Assembly (NCBI GenBank): GCA_030704615.1 | Contig: CM060734.1 | Location: 5,890,001 to 5,954,000 of the forward strand | Origin: Takakia lepidozioides | Taxonomy: Eukaryota; Plantae; Bryophyta | Direction of reading: 5' to 3' | DNA: 64,000 bases | Shown: positions 24,601-36,236 of the stretch, piece by piece | How positions within the stretch are numbered: the first letter of the stretch is position 1 | How the letters are laid out: every line of letters starts with the position of its first letter | Notes under the pieces: generated by a model | What the model was told of the DNA's origin: nothing | What the model saw: the letters and a program-made list of their open reading frames with translations, nothing else | Databases searched by the model: none | Position numbers and translations under genes: made by a program

Positions 24601-27600
24601 TTGTAATCGGGGCAGCCTGTGCAGACTGCTCTGGCGCCCTTGCTCCTCACCTAAGGACCCACAAGAGGACCTTGTAAATCACCCATTCTCACCAAGTAGA
24701 CGGCATGTAAAGACATGTCAATGCATTCACTTTCACCTGAATCACCAACAAAAGAGGGCACTAGGGCTCGAGATGCTAGTGAGCAAAGCATCTCCTTCAC
24801 ACAATCTATATGGTTTTTTTGTAAAGCAGGCCATATAGAGTGTGCATGCTGCGACATCCAATAGATAGCCCAGTGCTTAGGGCATAATACCATTTCATTA
24901 GTGGTTATGGGTTCAAAACCACAGAGGTGTGTTGGATGTCATGAAGGTGTCCCCTTCCTGTCAGAAGGCAGTAGCCCTTCGGGGTCAAGTGACACCATAA
25001 GGTATCTTGCTTCGGCAAGAGTCCACATATTTTTAATTTTACTTTTCTTATTTATATGTTTTGTGCATAGCTGCACTATGAAAGAAGAAATGAAGGATAG
25101 GAAAGAAATTTAATACCTCCACAGGATGAATCAGAGACCATATGGGACATAGTAGAACCTCAAGGGAAACACAAATAAGTGTATCACAGATCTGGCCTGG
25201 CACAATTACCTGTTGCGACTTCACTACTTGAGGCAAAGTAGGTGGCCATAAGATAAGATTCTTCCTCTGGTGGGACTTCCACAAAGCGCACAGAGTTGAG
25301 CACGGTGTGGTCAAGATCCACCACCAGATACAATTTCTGCTTCGCTGTCACTCGCTTGAGCTCATCACGACGCATACGAGCTGCCTCCATCTCTGTGACC
25401 TCCAGCCCCTGACGCAGACAAGGAGTGTTTCAAGCTGCCCTAGCTCTCCCTCTGTCATATGGTACTGGCTCTTAAGTTCCTTCCTTTCTTTGTTCCTAAT
25501 GACCACTTTTTGTTCTGCACTTTGCATGGTCATGAAATGAAACTCCATCGAACGAGTTCCAGGTTCCAAGCAGTGAAGTCCCGTCCTTAGCCACTCGTGT
25601 CTTTTTTGATAACATGAAAGTTCAAGCCCCTATTAAGCCTCTAAAGCTAACAACTTACACACATGGAAAGGGTGGAAAACAAGCCTCATGAATGTAGCGA
25701 AGAGACACCCCTGCCTCCACGGGATCATTGGAAGGCTTTGATGACTTGTGCTGCCCACACCGAATGCAGACCCCCCACATGAACCCTGGATGTGGTGGGC
25801 ATGATCCATTACCTCCCTCAGCCTGCCTGCCATCTAGCAGTCACCCTCATCCCATGCAACTTGTCACTCATTGTACCATAAACAGAGGAAAAGAGAAAAC
25901 AAAACTCAAGAGTTGGGCCCCCATATAAGACTGCCCACCTCCCAGTTTAAGAAGAGCTTTCAAAGATGAAAACAAAGGCACCAGAACAAAGTCAAGTAAA
26001 GTCCACACAAGAAGAAACGATAAAAGGAGGAAGGAAACCAGAAAGAATGATGTCTCACAACTTCAAGAGAGTTAATCTAAGGGTACAAGACAATTCAATG
26101 ACATCTTGTATAACAGTGACCAGCTGCTATAACTCCCAACTGACTTCGTTAGTTCCAATAGTGTGCAGATGTAGTGAGTTTCTGTGTCAACATGGGAAGA
26201 CTCAGCCAAGACATAGTTCTAGAACTGAAAGCATAGAGTACATCATAGACTTGAAGACACAAACACAAACATGCACAGAGAGACACAGGAAACCTAACTG
26301 ACACAAGTGGCTTGGAGAATGCTCCCCACTAAAGACTTAAAACATCTGTTCTTGATCATTTTTGCAGGCTTCAACCTTTGGTCTCTCTTCGCTATATTCA
26401 GGTTTGAATAAAAAAGAAAAAACCAAAGGCAAACCGCCATATCCGTACTTGCGAATATGGTCGAAATAGACCAAAAGAGAAACCTCCAAGGAAAGGAAAC
26501 AGAGCAGACATCTGACACACACCACATGCATCTAGCACGTTGTGGAAAAGGTGTACGAGTAGGGGTAGGGGATGCATTTTAAGATCAAGAAAGTCACAAA
26601 ATGGTCCTACCTGAGGACCCTGGTTGTCCTTCATCCATGCCTACTTCGCGCTTGCGTTTGCGTCCTCCATCTCTGTTTCTCTCCACCGTCCAGAGCAGTA
26701 CCATACATTTAGACAATACTACAATATTGCTATTGTCGGAACATTTTACCCTCATTTTATGTCACATAATCTCTTAAATGTGTTGAAGAAGTAAAAACAG
26801 TGACACTTAGGAAGTGACAGGGAAAATGCCAAGGACATTCTCCCACAAAAGGCCTCTCTTCAGGATGAACGCACAGCAATCTTGACCTATTTGTAGAGTC
26901 CTTATGGGTACTTTTTCCCTTCAATGCATCAATACAGCATGCACTACAGATACTTACTAACTAGGTTGCATCATCTTCCTAATCTGCCGTTGGTAGTTAG
27001 TCCAAGTAGCTGAGGCGTCCATAGGTAGTCTGCAACGAAAATGCGATCCTAAAGTTCTTATCAGCTGTTTTATTTCTAGATGAGATTCCTAAAGATGAAA
27101 AGCATGTTTGTGCCTATTGAGCTACAAATATACTAGATTGCCCTTAAGAGCTGTGAAGACTACTGGGCATAAGAAGTCTTCCATTACAAGGGCAAATGCC
27201 CTCACTGGTCCTTGTCCTTCCTCCCACCCTGCCAACACTGACCTCACAGGTTGATTCCAAGTTAAACCCTAATGCAGGGTTGCCCAGTTGGGTTGAAATA
27301 TTCCAGCCTAAGAGAACTGCAAGGCAACTCTATTCCACAAAACTGCCCATATGTTGACAACAGGTGCAGCTACTGAGACTCTAATCATTGGAAAGGCAGT
27401 ACTGTCAGTGAAGAACATTGTGGGAGCAAATCTATGACACCCAGGATGAGATTACTACCTACTTTACTATCCCTGAAGGATGGCAGAGGCAGAAAAGTTT
27501 CTTTTTAATAGCAAGTCCGTCACAAAAGCATCCGGCAAACTGCAAGGCCATTAAAGGCCCTAGAATACAGTCATTGAATGGCCCTATTCTACAAATAATC

Positions 27601-28264
27601 AATCATAGCGAGTAGCGCACAAAATTGGACAAATGCCAGACAATTTTGACAAAAGTTGTGCATAGCCACTCAAACTCCTAAAGAAACTAAGAGAACCCCC
27701 GATCATTAGGAAAGGCAGCATAGTGAGTGAAGAAAATCGTGCGAGAAAATTCATGACGCCCGATGAGAAAATGAAGAACTAATTCATCATCCCTGCAGGA
27801 CCGGCACCAGGCAGAAAGGTTTCATTGCGAGGGGAAAATCTGTCACAAATAAAGCCGGGCCACTACTTTCCACCCTTCACAAAGGCGCCACATTGTCCAC
27901 AAGAGAGGAAGAAAATATAGAAATCGCACCTAAGTTCTTGTAATGCGTCCCCACCAGTGGCAAGAAACTCAATTGGTTCTCCCTCTGTATTCAACGCACC
28001 CTCTAGCTCAAGCTCCTCAGAGGTTCCCACAGCCCCATCTTCCAATCCAGATTCTTCATCGTCCCCATCTTCACTTTCACTCGCGTCGAGTTCTTCACTC
28101 CCACTCTCCACTTCCGCACCTTCCTCCTCCCGATCAGACCTGACGTTGCCCTCGGGCGATGCATCGGACGACGTGGAATGGTGGTCAGACTGCAGCTCTG
28201 CGTCCAGGAGGGCGGCAAAGTCGTCGCTTGCAGACGAGGGCGATGGCGAAGATGGCAGGCTCAT
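21638..28264 (-). CDS. CPL4: RNA polymerase II CTD phosphatase-like 4 (FCP1-like, FCPH + BRCT); exons 28264-27930, 26672-26611, 25833-25685, 25408-25210, 24650-24352, 23928-23728, 22419-22369, 22207-21638
   Basis: DDFAALLDAEL N-terminus, CPPHPGFMWGVCIRCG, catalytic DLDHT, KLRPFVHEFLEEAS, VVILDDTE, ERYHFF, BRCT (THIVA...TDKARWA...VHPSWVEAA). Exon phases join into one frame; the exon-3 donor is non-canonical or shifted. Confidence 0.93.
24853..25061 (+). mobile_element. tRNA-derived SINE in CPL4 intron 4 (antisense)
   Basis: A-box-like TAGCCCAGTG, B-box GGTTCAAAACC, 9-bp stem GACATCCAA/TTGGATGTC, structured 3' part, AT-rich tail, TSD TGTGCAT(A)GCTGC at 24841-24852 and 25062-25074. Confidence 0.8.
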
Positions 28265-28519
28265 CGCTGCCACACCACCTCTGCTCGTCTCTTCCCTTTG
28301 GCAACTGGGCTCGGCCTGCGAGACGACCTTACGCCGCAGTCTTTCGTTATATACAGCTGTTATCTTACAATACAGGTAATTCCTTAACATTTTGCTTTTT
28401 AAGTTTTTCACTTACAAGTTTGTGTGTGACGGTCAGGCTACCCGACGACATGCTCATTCCACTTTTTTTTTTTTTTTTTTAAATAAAATTTAAATAAGGG
28501 ATTGAAGCCCTAAGTTGAA

Positions 28520-29125
28520 CTATATAACAAGTACGTAGGAAAGCCCAGGGAGTACAAAGAGGAAAAAATAACCTATGTGAGAGTGCCATAGAGGCGGATG
28601 AGGGAAGACATTGCTTCGTAGCCAAATGCAGCTAAGAGAAAAGGGAAGTGAGACAAAAAGAAGAAAAAGGCAGGAACAACTAATAGGTAAACCACTTCCT
28701 CCTATAAGGTTCGAAAGATAGATGGGCTTTTGATGTTCCTTTTCTAAAAGATTTACAATGTCTCCAATTAACTTCAGAGTCCTCGTTGTCCAAAGAGGAA
28801 CATCTTGCACTATGCAAACTGCCCCAGCTTGGTTGATGATGTCGCGCCATTGAATTCTCGTAGCCGATTCTCTATTACATGTGAGGGCTCCCTTTGCCCC
28901 AAGTGTAATCAAATTCAAAGAGTAATTATGTTCTCCTTCTTTGATTACATCTGCAAAGAGCTTCCCCCAAGACCCGCCAAGCCTTACAAGCCTCAGATAA
29001 TAGGTTTGAGTGAACCTTAAACAAAATAGCTCTTACACTAGACGGTTTGTCATCAAAGATGAATGAGCACCCAGATTTCCAAATATTCCAGTGTGAGCCC
29101 TTAGAGTGGACCACACAGGACATTT
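28520..29125 (-). mobile_element. L1-like LINE 3' remnant
   Basis: WNIWKSGCSFIFD resembles the L1 ORF2 C-terminal W..W..R...F motif; heavily decayed. Confidence 0.45.
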
Positions 29126-29131
29126 ACACCA

Positions 29132-29235
29132 CAAAAGGTGTCCACCTTCTTGCTGGAAGGCAGTAGCCCTTCGGTGTCAAGAGACACCATAATTTACGCT
29201 TCTTTCGGGAGGCATTATATATATATATATATATA
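29132..29235 (+). mobile_element. 5'-truncated copy of the SINE/LINE tail with (TA)n
   Basis: Homologous to 24944-25020; (TA)n tail; TSD TACACCA at 29125-29131 and 29236-29242. Confidence 0.75.
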
Positions 29236-32200
29236 TACACCATGTCAAGTTAAATAAACACAGTGTGAAACTAACTAGAATAAAGCTAGTTATTTGTATT
29301 TAACACTTGGATTTAGTTCAAATGTTAAGTCAGGTGTCAAGTTTAGTTTGACACCTGAACCGTCTTATCTTCACGAGAGCGGCGGCTCATCTCTTTCGAG
29401 TTGAGCCTGCACGACCGAGCTCCTTCATCGTTCAGAATCTGAGTGTGCTTATGAAGGGAGGATAGGTTGTTGTGGGGTGGAGTCCCCATAGCTTGGGGTG
29501 CCCCTGGCTTGACTACTATTTTTAAAGAGTGATGGTGTTGGATTTCATGTTTCTTGTGTGAACAATGTGTTCTTAGTTTTCTATCACTCGAGAGAGATGA
29601 GCCGATCTAGTTTTCTAGTGCTAAGCTAGATATGATGTTTTTGTTTTTAAGCACTATTAGAATATAGCTTGGTCACGGGGAGCCTGCGGTTAGACTGGCT
29701 ATGTGTGCCGAGTGGAGCAGAACAGGAAGGCGGAAACCATTTGAAGTGTTGCTGGGGATGCCCGTTTGTTTGAGGCTGGTGGAAGCATTCGCAGGGGTTG
29801 CCTACACATTCTCATTTTGGAGTGTGCGCTGCAGGTAATCCTGTTGCGGTGGGGTCCCTGGTGTCAAAACCAAGCTGTTGCGGTGGTAGGAGGATCAGCG
29901 TGGCCGCGGCGGATGGTTTTGCTGCAGAGCTCGTGATTCCCAGACGAGGGGATCAGCGTGATGGAATTCCAGCAGGGCAAGTGGGTTGTATCCACCCGTC
30001 GTTGCTTCCGGTATCATGCTTGCATCTCCCAGCACTAAGGGATGAGTGGCCGAGCTGTTGGGAGGGGGAAGCTTAGCGAGAACCACATTGGCGTGATTGT
30101 AGAAGTTGGCGAGGTGGAGCAGGTCCGTTCAGACTGTGGATGTGCGGGCCGAACTTGACCAATCAATCAATGACAAGGGATGGAGGCTTATTGCACCATT
30201 GGAGACTCGCTTGTCATGTACAGGGAGAGGTAGTCGGTAGTGGCGAGGAGGTCGTATGCTTTCTTTACTTTTCTTTGCACCGGGGTCCCGGAGGCCATCT
30301 CCATGACGAACGCCATGTTGCCTTTCAAGAGCGTGATGCCATCAGTCGCAGGGTGTAGCAGTTCGATTTTGAGGATCCCATACCACATCTTGTTTCTATT
30401 TTGTGAATGCCGTGATTGGATTGTACAAGACAGTTCCCAGGGGGCGGCTATGTCTTCATACCTGACTGCATGAGCTTCTGCTGGTGTGAATGGTGGCTGC
30501 TAGGTGCTTTTACTGCAGGAATCCGAAGCATTTGAGCCTGATTCCAGGCCTAATCGCTGGTCTCGCATGTGCGTGGGCGGCTATGTCTTCATACCTGATT
30601 GCATGAGACCACATGAGACCCCCTGCTTGATACTCTGCATAGAAAAGGGTCTTGAATGCAAAGGAACCCGACCAAGGAAGCCACGCAGTTGGGTTAACAA
30701 TTGCTCTCAAATGTACCGTGCGAGAATCTAATTTCCAGGGTCGCTCCATATACGTTGGGAACTGGTATGAATTCTTTGTGAGATGGGTTGTTCCACCGAA
30801 GGTAAAGTGCTGGCAGGAAAGACCCCTATTTGATTTGGATGTATTCTACCCTTGGCTGCATATGTGTTTTGTTGGCGGATCAAACCAGTCTCGGCCAAGA
30901 TGGTGCATGTTTCAAACATTGCGGCTGCATGAATTGACGGTGCCATAGATTGTACAATCTTGGTAAAACCAACGGAGGAAGCAGCATACGTGGTCTTGGG
31001 AAATGATCAATGCACTGGTCTGATCCAGAAATTTCCCTTCCAGCATTATCGACATCAGTTCTGCCCAATAACCAAGCGAGTGTAGCTGTGGCACTTTGAA
31101 CGTCAATTGAAAGGCTTGTAAGCTGGAATCTGATGCGGCTTGAAGAATCTGACCGTGGAGGGGTCAGATAAAAAGGAGCAGGGAAGGATGACAATTTAGG
31201 CATTAATGTGGTGTCATCTGAAACTGCCGGTCCCTTGAAGACAGAAGGGGCCCAACTCACTACACGACCTGCTCGGCCTATGTTAACAATCTAGAACTTG
31301 AGGGCAGCCTATGTCAATTCCATGTAAAGGCTTACACAATCAGTGATAGCGGATCTGCCACCTTGAAAAATCAGCACGCATGAAGGGCTGTAAGCGTTCT
31401 TGATCAAGTTATTAAGCTCTGGTGCTTTCCGGGGTTGCATTGTAAGTGCTCCTGCTTTTGTTGGGAATATTGGTGCAAAGGATTAAGGCTCGACATAGCC
31501 ATAGGTCTCGGCTGGAGATGACAACATCTGCGGATAGCAGTTCGGTGAGAGCTAGGAGGTAAGAAGCTGCAAGATGGAGTGGAGGCGAAGGATCGAAGCT
31601 CGGGAGTCGGCATAGCTACAGATCTCGACTGGAGGAGAGCAGGTCACTGGGAACCAAGAGCTGTTGTGGTGCATTTGTAAACACAATTGAAATCCTGGGA
31701 AATATAGGTCACGCTGCCAGGGAGTCTGTGGTGAGAACTACATGAACACGTTTAAGATAATGTGGGAACAGTGTTTAATGGCGAGAACGTTTTGGTGTTA
31801 AAAAATTTATTAAAATAAATAAATAAAAAATAAAATAAAAATAAAAATAAACCTTTTTGATCTAATTTCAATTATTTAGAGCCTAATTGGTCATATCTTT
31901 GTCAAATGGACTCTGTTTGACTCAGTTTTTGGGGAGATAGCTGCAGAAAGGGGAAATCTATCTAATTAGACCTGGTTTTAGTTTTTTGGACTTTGCTAAA
32001 AATCTATGGAATTTTTTGAGTGTGAGTGTGCTATGAAAGATCCACAATTCTGTTTTTACAACCTGTTGTGGTCTATATGAGAGACAAATCTGGGGATGTC
32101 CTCCTTGTATGGCTGGGGGAAATGAGGACGTAATTGAAGGGCAGGTCTCTTCTCTTAGCATGTGCACACAAGGGGACAAGATTTATGTTTCTCAAGGAAC

Positions 32201-33339
32201 TCAGACTGATTTGACTGGAGAGCAGTTGGACGAGTTGATTGCATACTGGGAGTCAGGCATTAGCAGTAGATAACAAACTGCTGTAGTTGGCGTTGAGGGC
32301 CTCAATATTGCTTTGGACAGTCAGAACTCTGTTGGAGCCAGCAGTTCTGCAGCTGTAGGTGAAATACCAAAGTGGGTGAAAGCTAGGCTTGGAACACAGC
32401 CAAAGACAGCCCCGGGGACCAAGGTGTTCAGCCACAAGGCCGGGGTGTACTGGAGCAGAGGAGCAGGAGCTACACAAGTTTGTGCAATCAGACATGGTTG
32501 TAGCCGGACACGCTCTGCACAAGGCAACCACCAGCGGGGGTTCATTAGCAATGACAAGTTTGTTCTGCTTGAAGAAGATGCAGTCATTCGCAATGAGGAC
32601 ACCCGCAACCGTCTCAAAGCTTTCGAGTTGAGAGACTGTCAGACCCTACCTTTATTTTCTTTAGTGTCCAGTGAGCGAGAGATATGGGAGTATTGCTTTG
32701 TCTCTACCTGGCAGAAAGAGGAGGAGGGTTGGTTAGAGCGAGCTACTATAGCTTGGGACAAGGTTAGTGGCAGGTTTCTGGACATAGATATACCTCCTAC
32801 ACCTTACCATCATGCAGAGCGAGGCACTTTGAGAGAAAGTCTGGCAGTTGATAGCATAGATCAGGATTAGATCTTGCTTGGTCGGGCTTCTATTCTTCCC
32901 CTCCCTCTCTTTACCATTTTCATTACTTTGTACTTGTAGTTGCCAAAGCCTCTCTTGGTGGAGGCCAGTCAGTCCGGGGTTTTGGGCTGGGATATTCTGC
33001 AGGATCAGCATTGCAGATGGATTTTGGTGTGGGGGTGTTGATGTTTTGATTTCTTGTGTTTGGATCCCCCAACACCTGCATGCTTGACTGTGCCGCCATG
33101 TTGGTTTTGTGTGGGCGCTTGCTTTCATAGGGATTAGGCCGGATTTGATCACCGATCAATCCTAGAGTATGCTGTCAGTGGTGAGGCTGAAGTGATGACT
33201 AGCAAGACCACCAGTGTTTTTTCTATGGTGAGACTGGGTTGATGACCAGCCAACCATAGGAGTTCTTGCGGTGGATGCAAGTGCAGGTGCCCTGAGCCAC
33301 TGGGATATGACCCTTAAACTGCAACAGGTGCCCACCCGT

Positions 33340-35934
33340 GTCCCAGAGCAGTCCATTTTGCAAGTGGAACTGCGATTTAACCCCCATCCTCAAGTCCCGC
33401 ATCACGGACTTTGTCATCTCATCCTTCCGGTAAGCCTTCCGGATCTTCCTTTGGAGCGCCGTCTCGCCCCTGTACACCAACATGAGCTGCTGCTTTCTAC
33501 TTAAAGCATCGGCCACCACATTATCCCGTCCCGGTTTGTACTGGATATCCACGTGGAACACTGCCAAAGTATCTTGCCACCTAAGTTGTTTTGGGGACAA
33601 CTTAGGCTGCGTGGCAAAATACTTCACCGTGACATTGTCCGTTAACACCTTCACCGGGTTGGAACCAACATAGTGGCGCCAAAGCTCAAGGCAATGCACC
33701 ACCGCCTTCATTTCCTTCTCATGCGTAGGCCACCGTCGCTCCACTTCATTCAGTTTCTTACTTTTGTAAGTCACTGGACGTCCATCCTGCATGATTACAC
33801 CCCCTATAGCGAAGTCCGACGCATCCGTATGAATCTCAAATGGACGGTTGAACTCCGGGATCTTGAGGACTGGAGCTTCCGCCATCCGCTGCTTTAACTC
33901 GGCAAAAGCTTGACCACAAAAGGTGTTCCATACCCAAACTTTGGATTTACACAGAAGGTCTGACAGTGGCCCCGCGATCTTGGCAAAATTTCTCACATAC
34001 TTCTGGTAATAAGAGACGAGTCCTAGTAAGGATCGCACTCCCGGGACCGAAGTCGGAGGCTCCCAGTCCAAGATCGCCCTCACCTTTTTGTCATCCATTT
34101 TGATCCCATTCTGTGTAATCACATGCCACAGGAACTCCACTTTTGTGACCCCGGATTCGCACTTTGAAGCTTTGGCATACAGCTTCCCTTCCCGCAATTT
34201 TTGGAACACCCTTTTGAGGTGTTTCAGGTGCTCTTCCTTTGTTTTCGAGTACACCAATATGTCGTCGATGTATACGATCACAAAATCATCCAACCTCTCC
34301 TGGAAAAGGCTGTTCATTAGCATGCTAAAGGTCGCGGGTGCGTTGGTGAGCCCAAAAGGCATCACCAAGAACTCATACGAACCATATCTTGTCCTGCACG
34401 CGGTCTTCTCCTCATCTTCTTCCGCCACTCGGATCTGATGATACCCGGAGCGCAAATCGATCCGGCTGAATACTTCGCTCCTACCAACCGATCGAAGAGG
34501 TCGTCGATCCTTGACAAAGGGTACCGGTTCTTGATAGTCACCTTATTCAGGGCCCTGTAATCTTCACACATCCGCAGCGTCCCATCCTTCTTGTCTGCGA
34601 ATAGCACCGGGGCTCCGTAAGGTGACTTACTCGGCCGGATGTACCCCTTTGACATTAAATCCTTGAGCTGAGCCTTCAGCTCGACCAACTCTCTGTGGCT
34701 CAACTGGTAGGACGCCTTGGTAGGCGGCTCCGATCCCGGTATCACCTCAATCTTGTGGTCAACTCCTCTTCACGGTGGCAAGCCGCTTGGTAAATCCTTC
34801 GGCATCACATCCTGGTATTTCTCCAAAATCCCCTTGATCCAATCTGGGCTCGGCTCCCCATCGCTTTCTCCCTTCACTTGTCTTACATAAAGCAAAAACT
34901 GGGGCTCGTGTGACTCCTCCACGGCCCACTCCTTTGCTGACAACAGGTTTATTCGCCCTCCCACTGGGTTGGGCGTTTCCGACACTCTTAAAACTTCGCC
35001 ACCATTCCCACACGGTAGCGTGACTATTCTCTTGCGGCCATCTATAACCGCTCCGGATTTGCTCAAAAAGGTCATCCCCAAAATGAGATCCACTCCATCG
35101 ATCTCGCAAATGGTGAAGTTCTCACGTCCCTCCCAACTCCCGAGCTGAAGAGGAACATCGAACGCCAACCTTGTCGCCAATTGTGGTTCTCCTTTGGCAG
35201 AACGCACCTCAATAGAGGTCCCTACATCACTTGTCAGGCGTCCCAGCTTCCGTGCCGTTGCCGATATCATGAAGGAGTGCGACGCTTCTGTGTCCACCAA
35301 CAACGACACGTTAGTTCCGGAAATTATCCCACTCACGAACAATAACTAACTCCATTTACGCAGGGCGTCAGTTTCTTGATACAACTCACAAGAGTAGTTG
35401 TCTACCTTGCAAGTCTTGGTGACCACCGCTTCCACTAAGCGGCTGATGGAATCTTCCGACAGCTCTGTAGTCGCCCGAGTCATGTTCAATTGTCGGGGTT
35501 TTGCGCACTTCTTAGCCATGTGCCCGGGCTCCCCGCAATTAAAACACACTCCATCGAAGGTCATCTTTTGTCCGCCATAAGCCGTCGCACCTGATTTTCC
35601 TTTCGGAGCACCGGGTGTCGTCTTGGCGTGTGAAGGCCCTCCCTTCGATTTCCACGTGTCATTGTCGCCGCGTGGCCTATCCTACTTCTTTTTTGGTAAA
35701 AAAGAGTCACTATCCCGCCGGATCTTCTTGTGGTTCAGCTCCGTATGGCCTTGTCTTTCTCCCCTAGGGACATCCGAGAAACATTCAGCCCTCTCAATTG
35801 CCTCGTTCAAAGTCTTAGATGGCTTCTCCTCCAACTTCCGCCTGGCCCATGGGGCCAGTCCCGCCACAAAGTTGAAGACCATTTCTGGTTCTGCCATGTC
35901 CGCGACTTCGAGCAACAGCACATTGAAAACCTGA
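33340..35934 (-). mobile_element. Ty3/gypsy chromovirus (Galadriel-like) gag C-term-PR-RT-RH, truncated at start of INT
   Basis: CFNCGEPGHMAKKC; LLVDTEASHSF; [45 protein letters not shown]; HTDASDFAIGG, ERRWPTHEKEM. Confidence 0.93.
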
Positions 35935-36236
35935 CCCGGGGGGTGCACTCTTTATAAACTGTGCGTATCACGTGCGTTCGTCGCCTAATAAAAAAACCCC
36001 CTGTATACGGGTCCTTGGATAATTTATACCCCCTCTGTACATACTTTTTGAAGATTATAAAATCCCCTCCTGTAAATATACAAAAATTTACAATTTTTGA
36101 AAAGTACCCCTTCTGTATGTATATTCTCATTTTTCATCATTAAAAATAACCCTCCAATATGTATATGTATGTTTTTATATTATATCGAATTTATTCATTT
36201 AAAACATAATAAAATCTAACAAATTAATTAAAAAAA

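Noticed and set aside
24853-24940. Functional tRNA gene
   Set aside because: Boxes are present but there is no proper cloverleaf or anticodon arm; it is fused to a tail and flanked by a TSD, so it is a SINE.
24946-25020. Hammerhead or HDV ribozyme
   Set aside because: The three-way junction lacks the CUGANGA/GAAA core on either strand, and no HDV pseudoknot is evident.
29750-33150. Possible host gene(s)
   Set aside because: Fragmented frames with no motif I can name; probably decayed LINE sequence, so no call is made.
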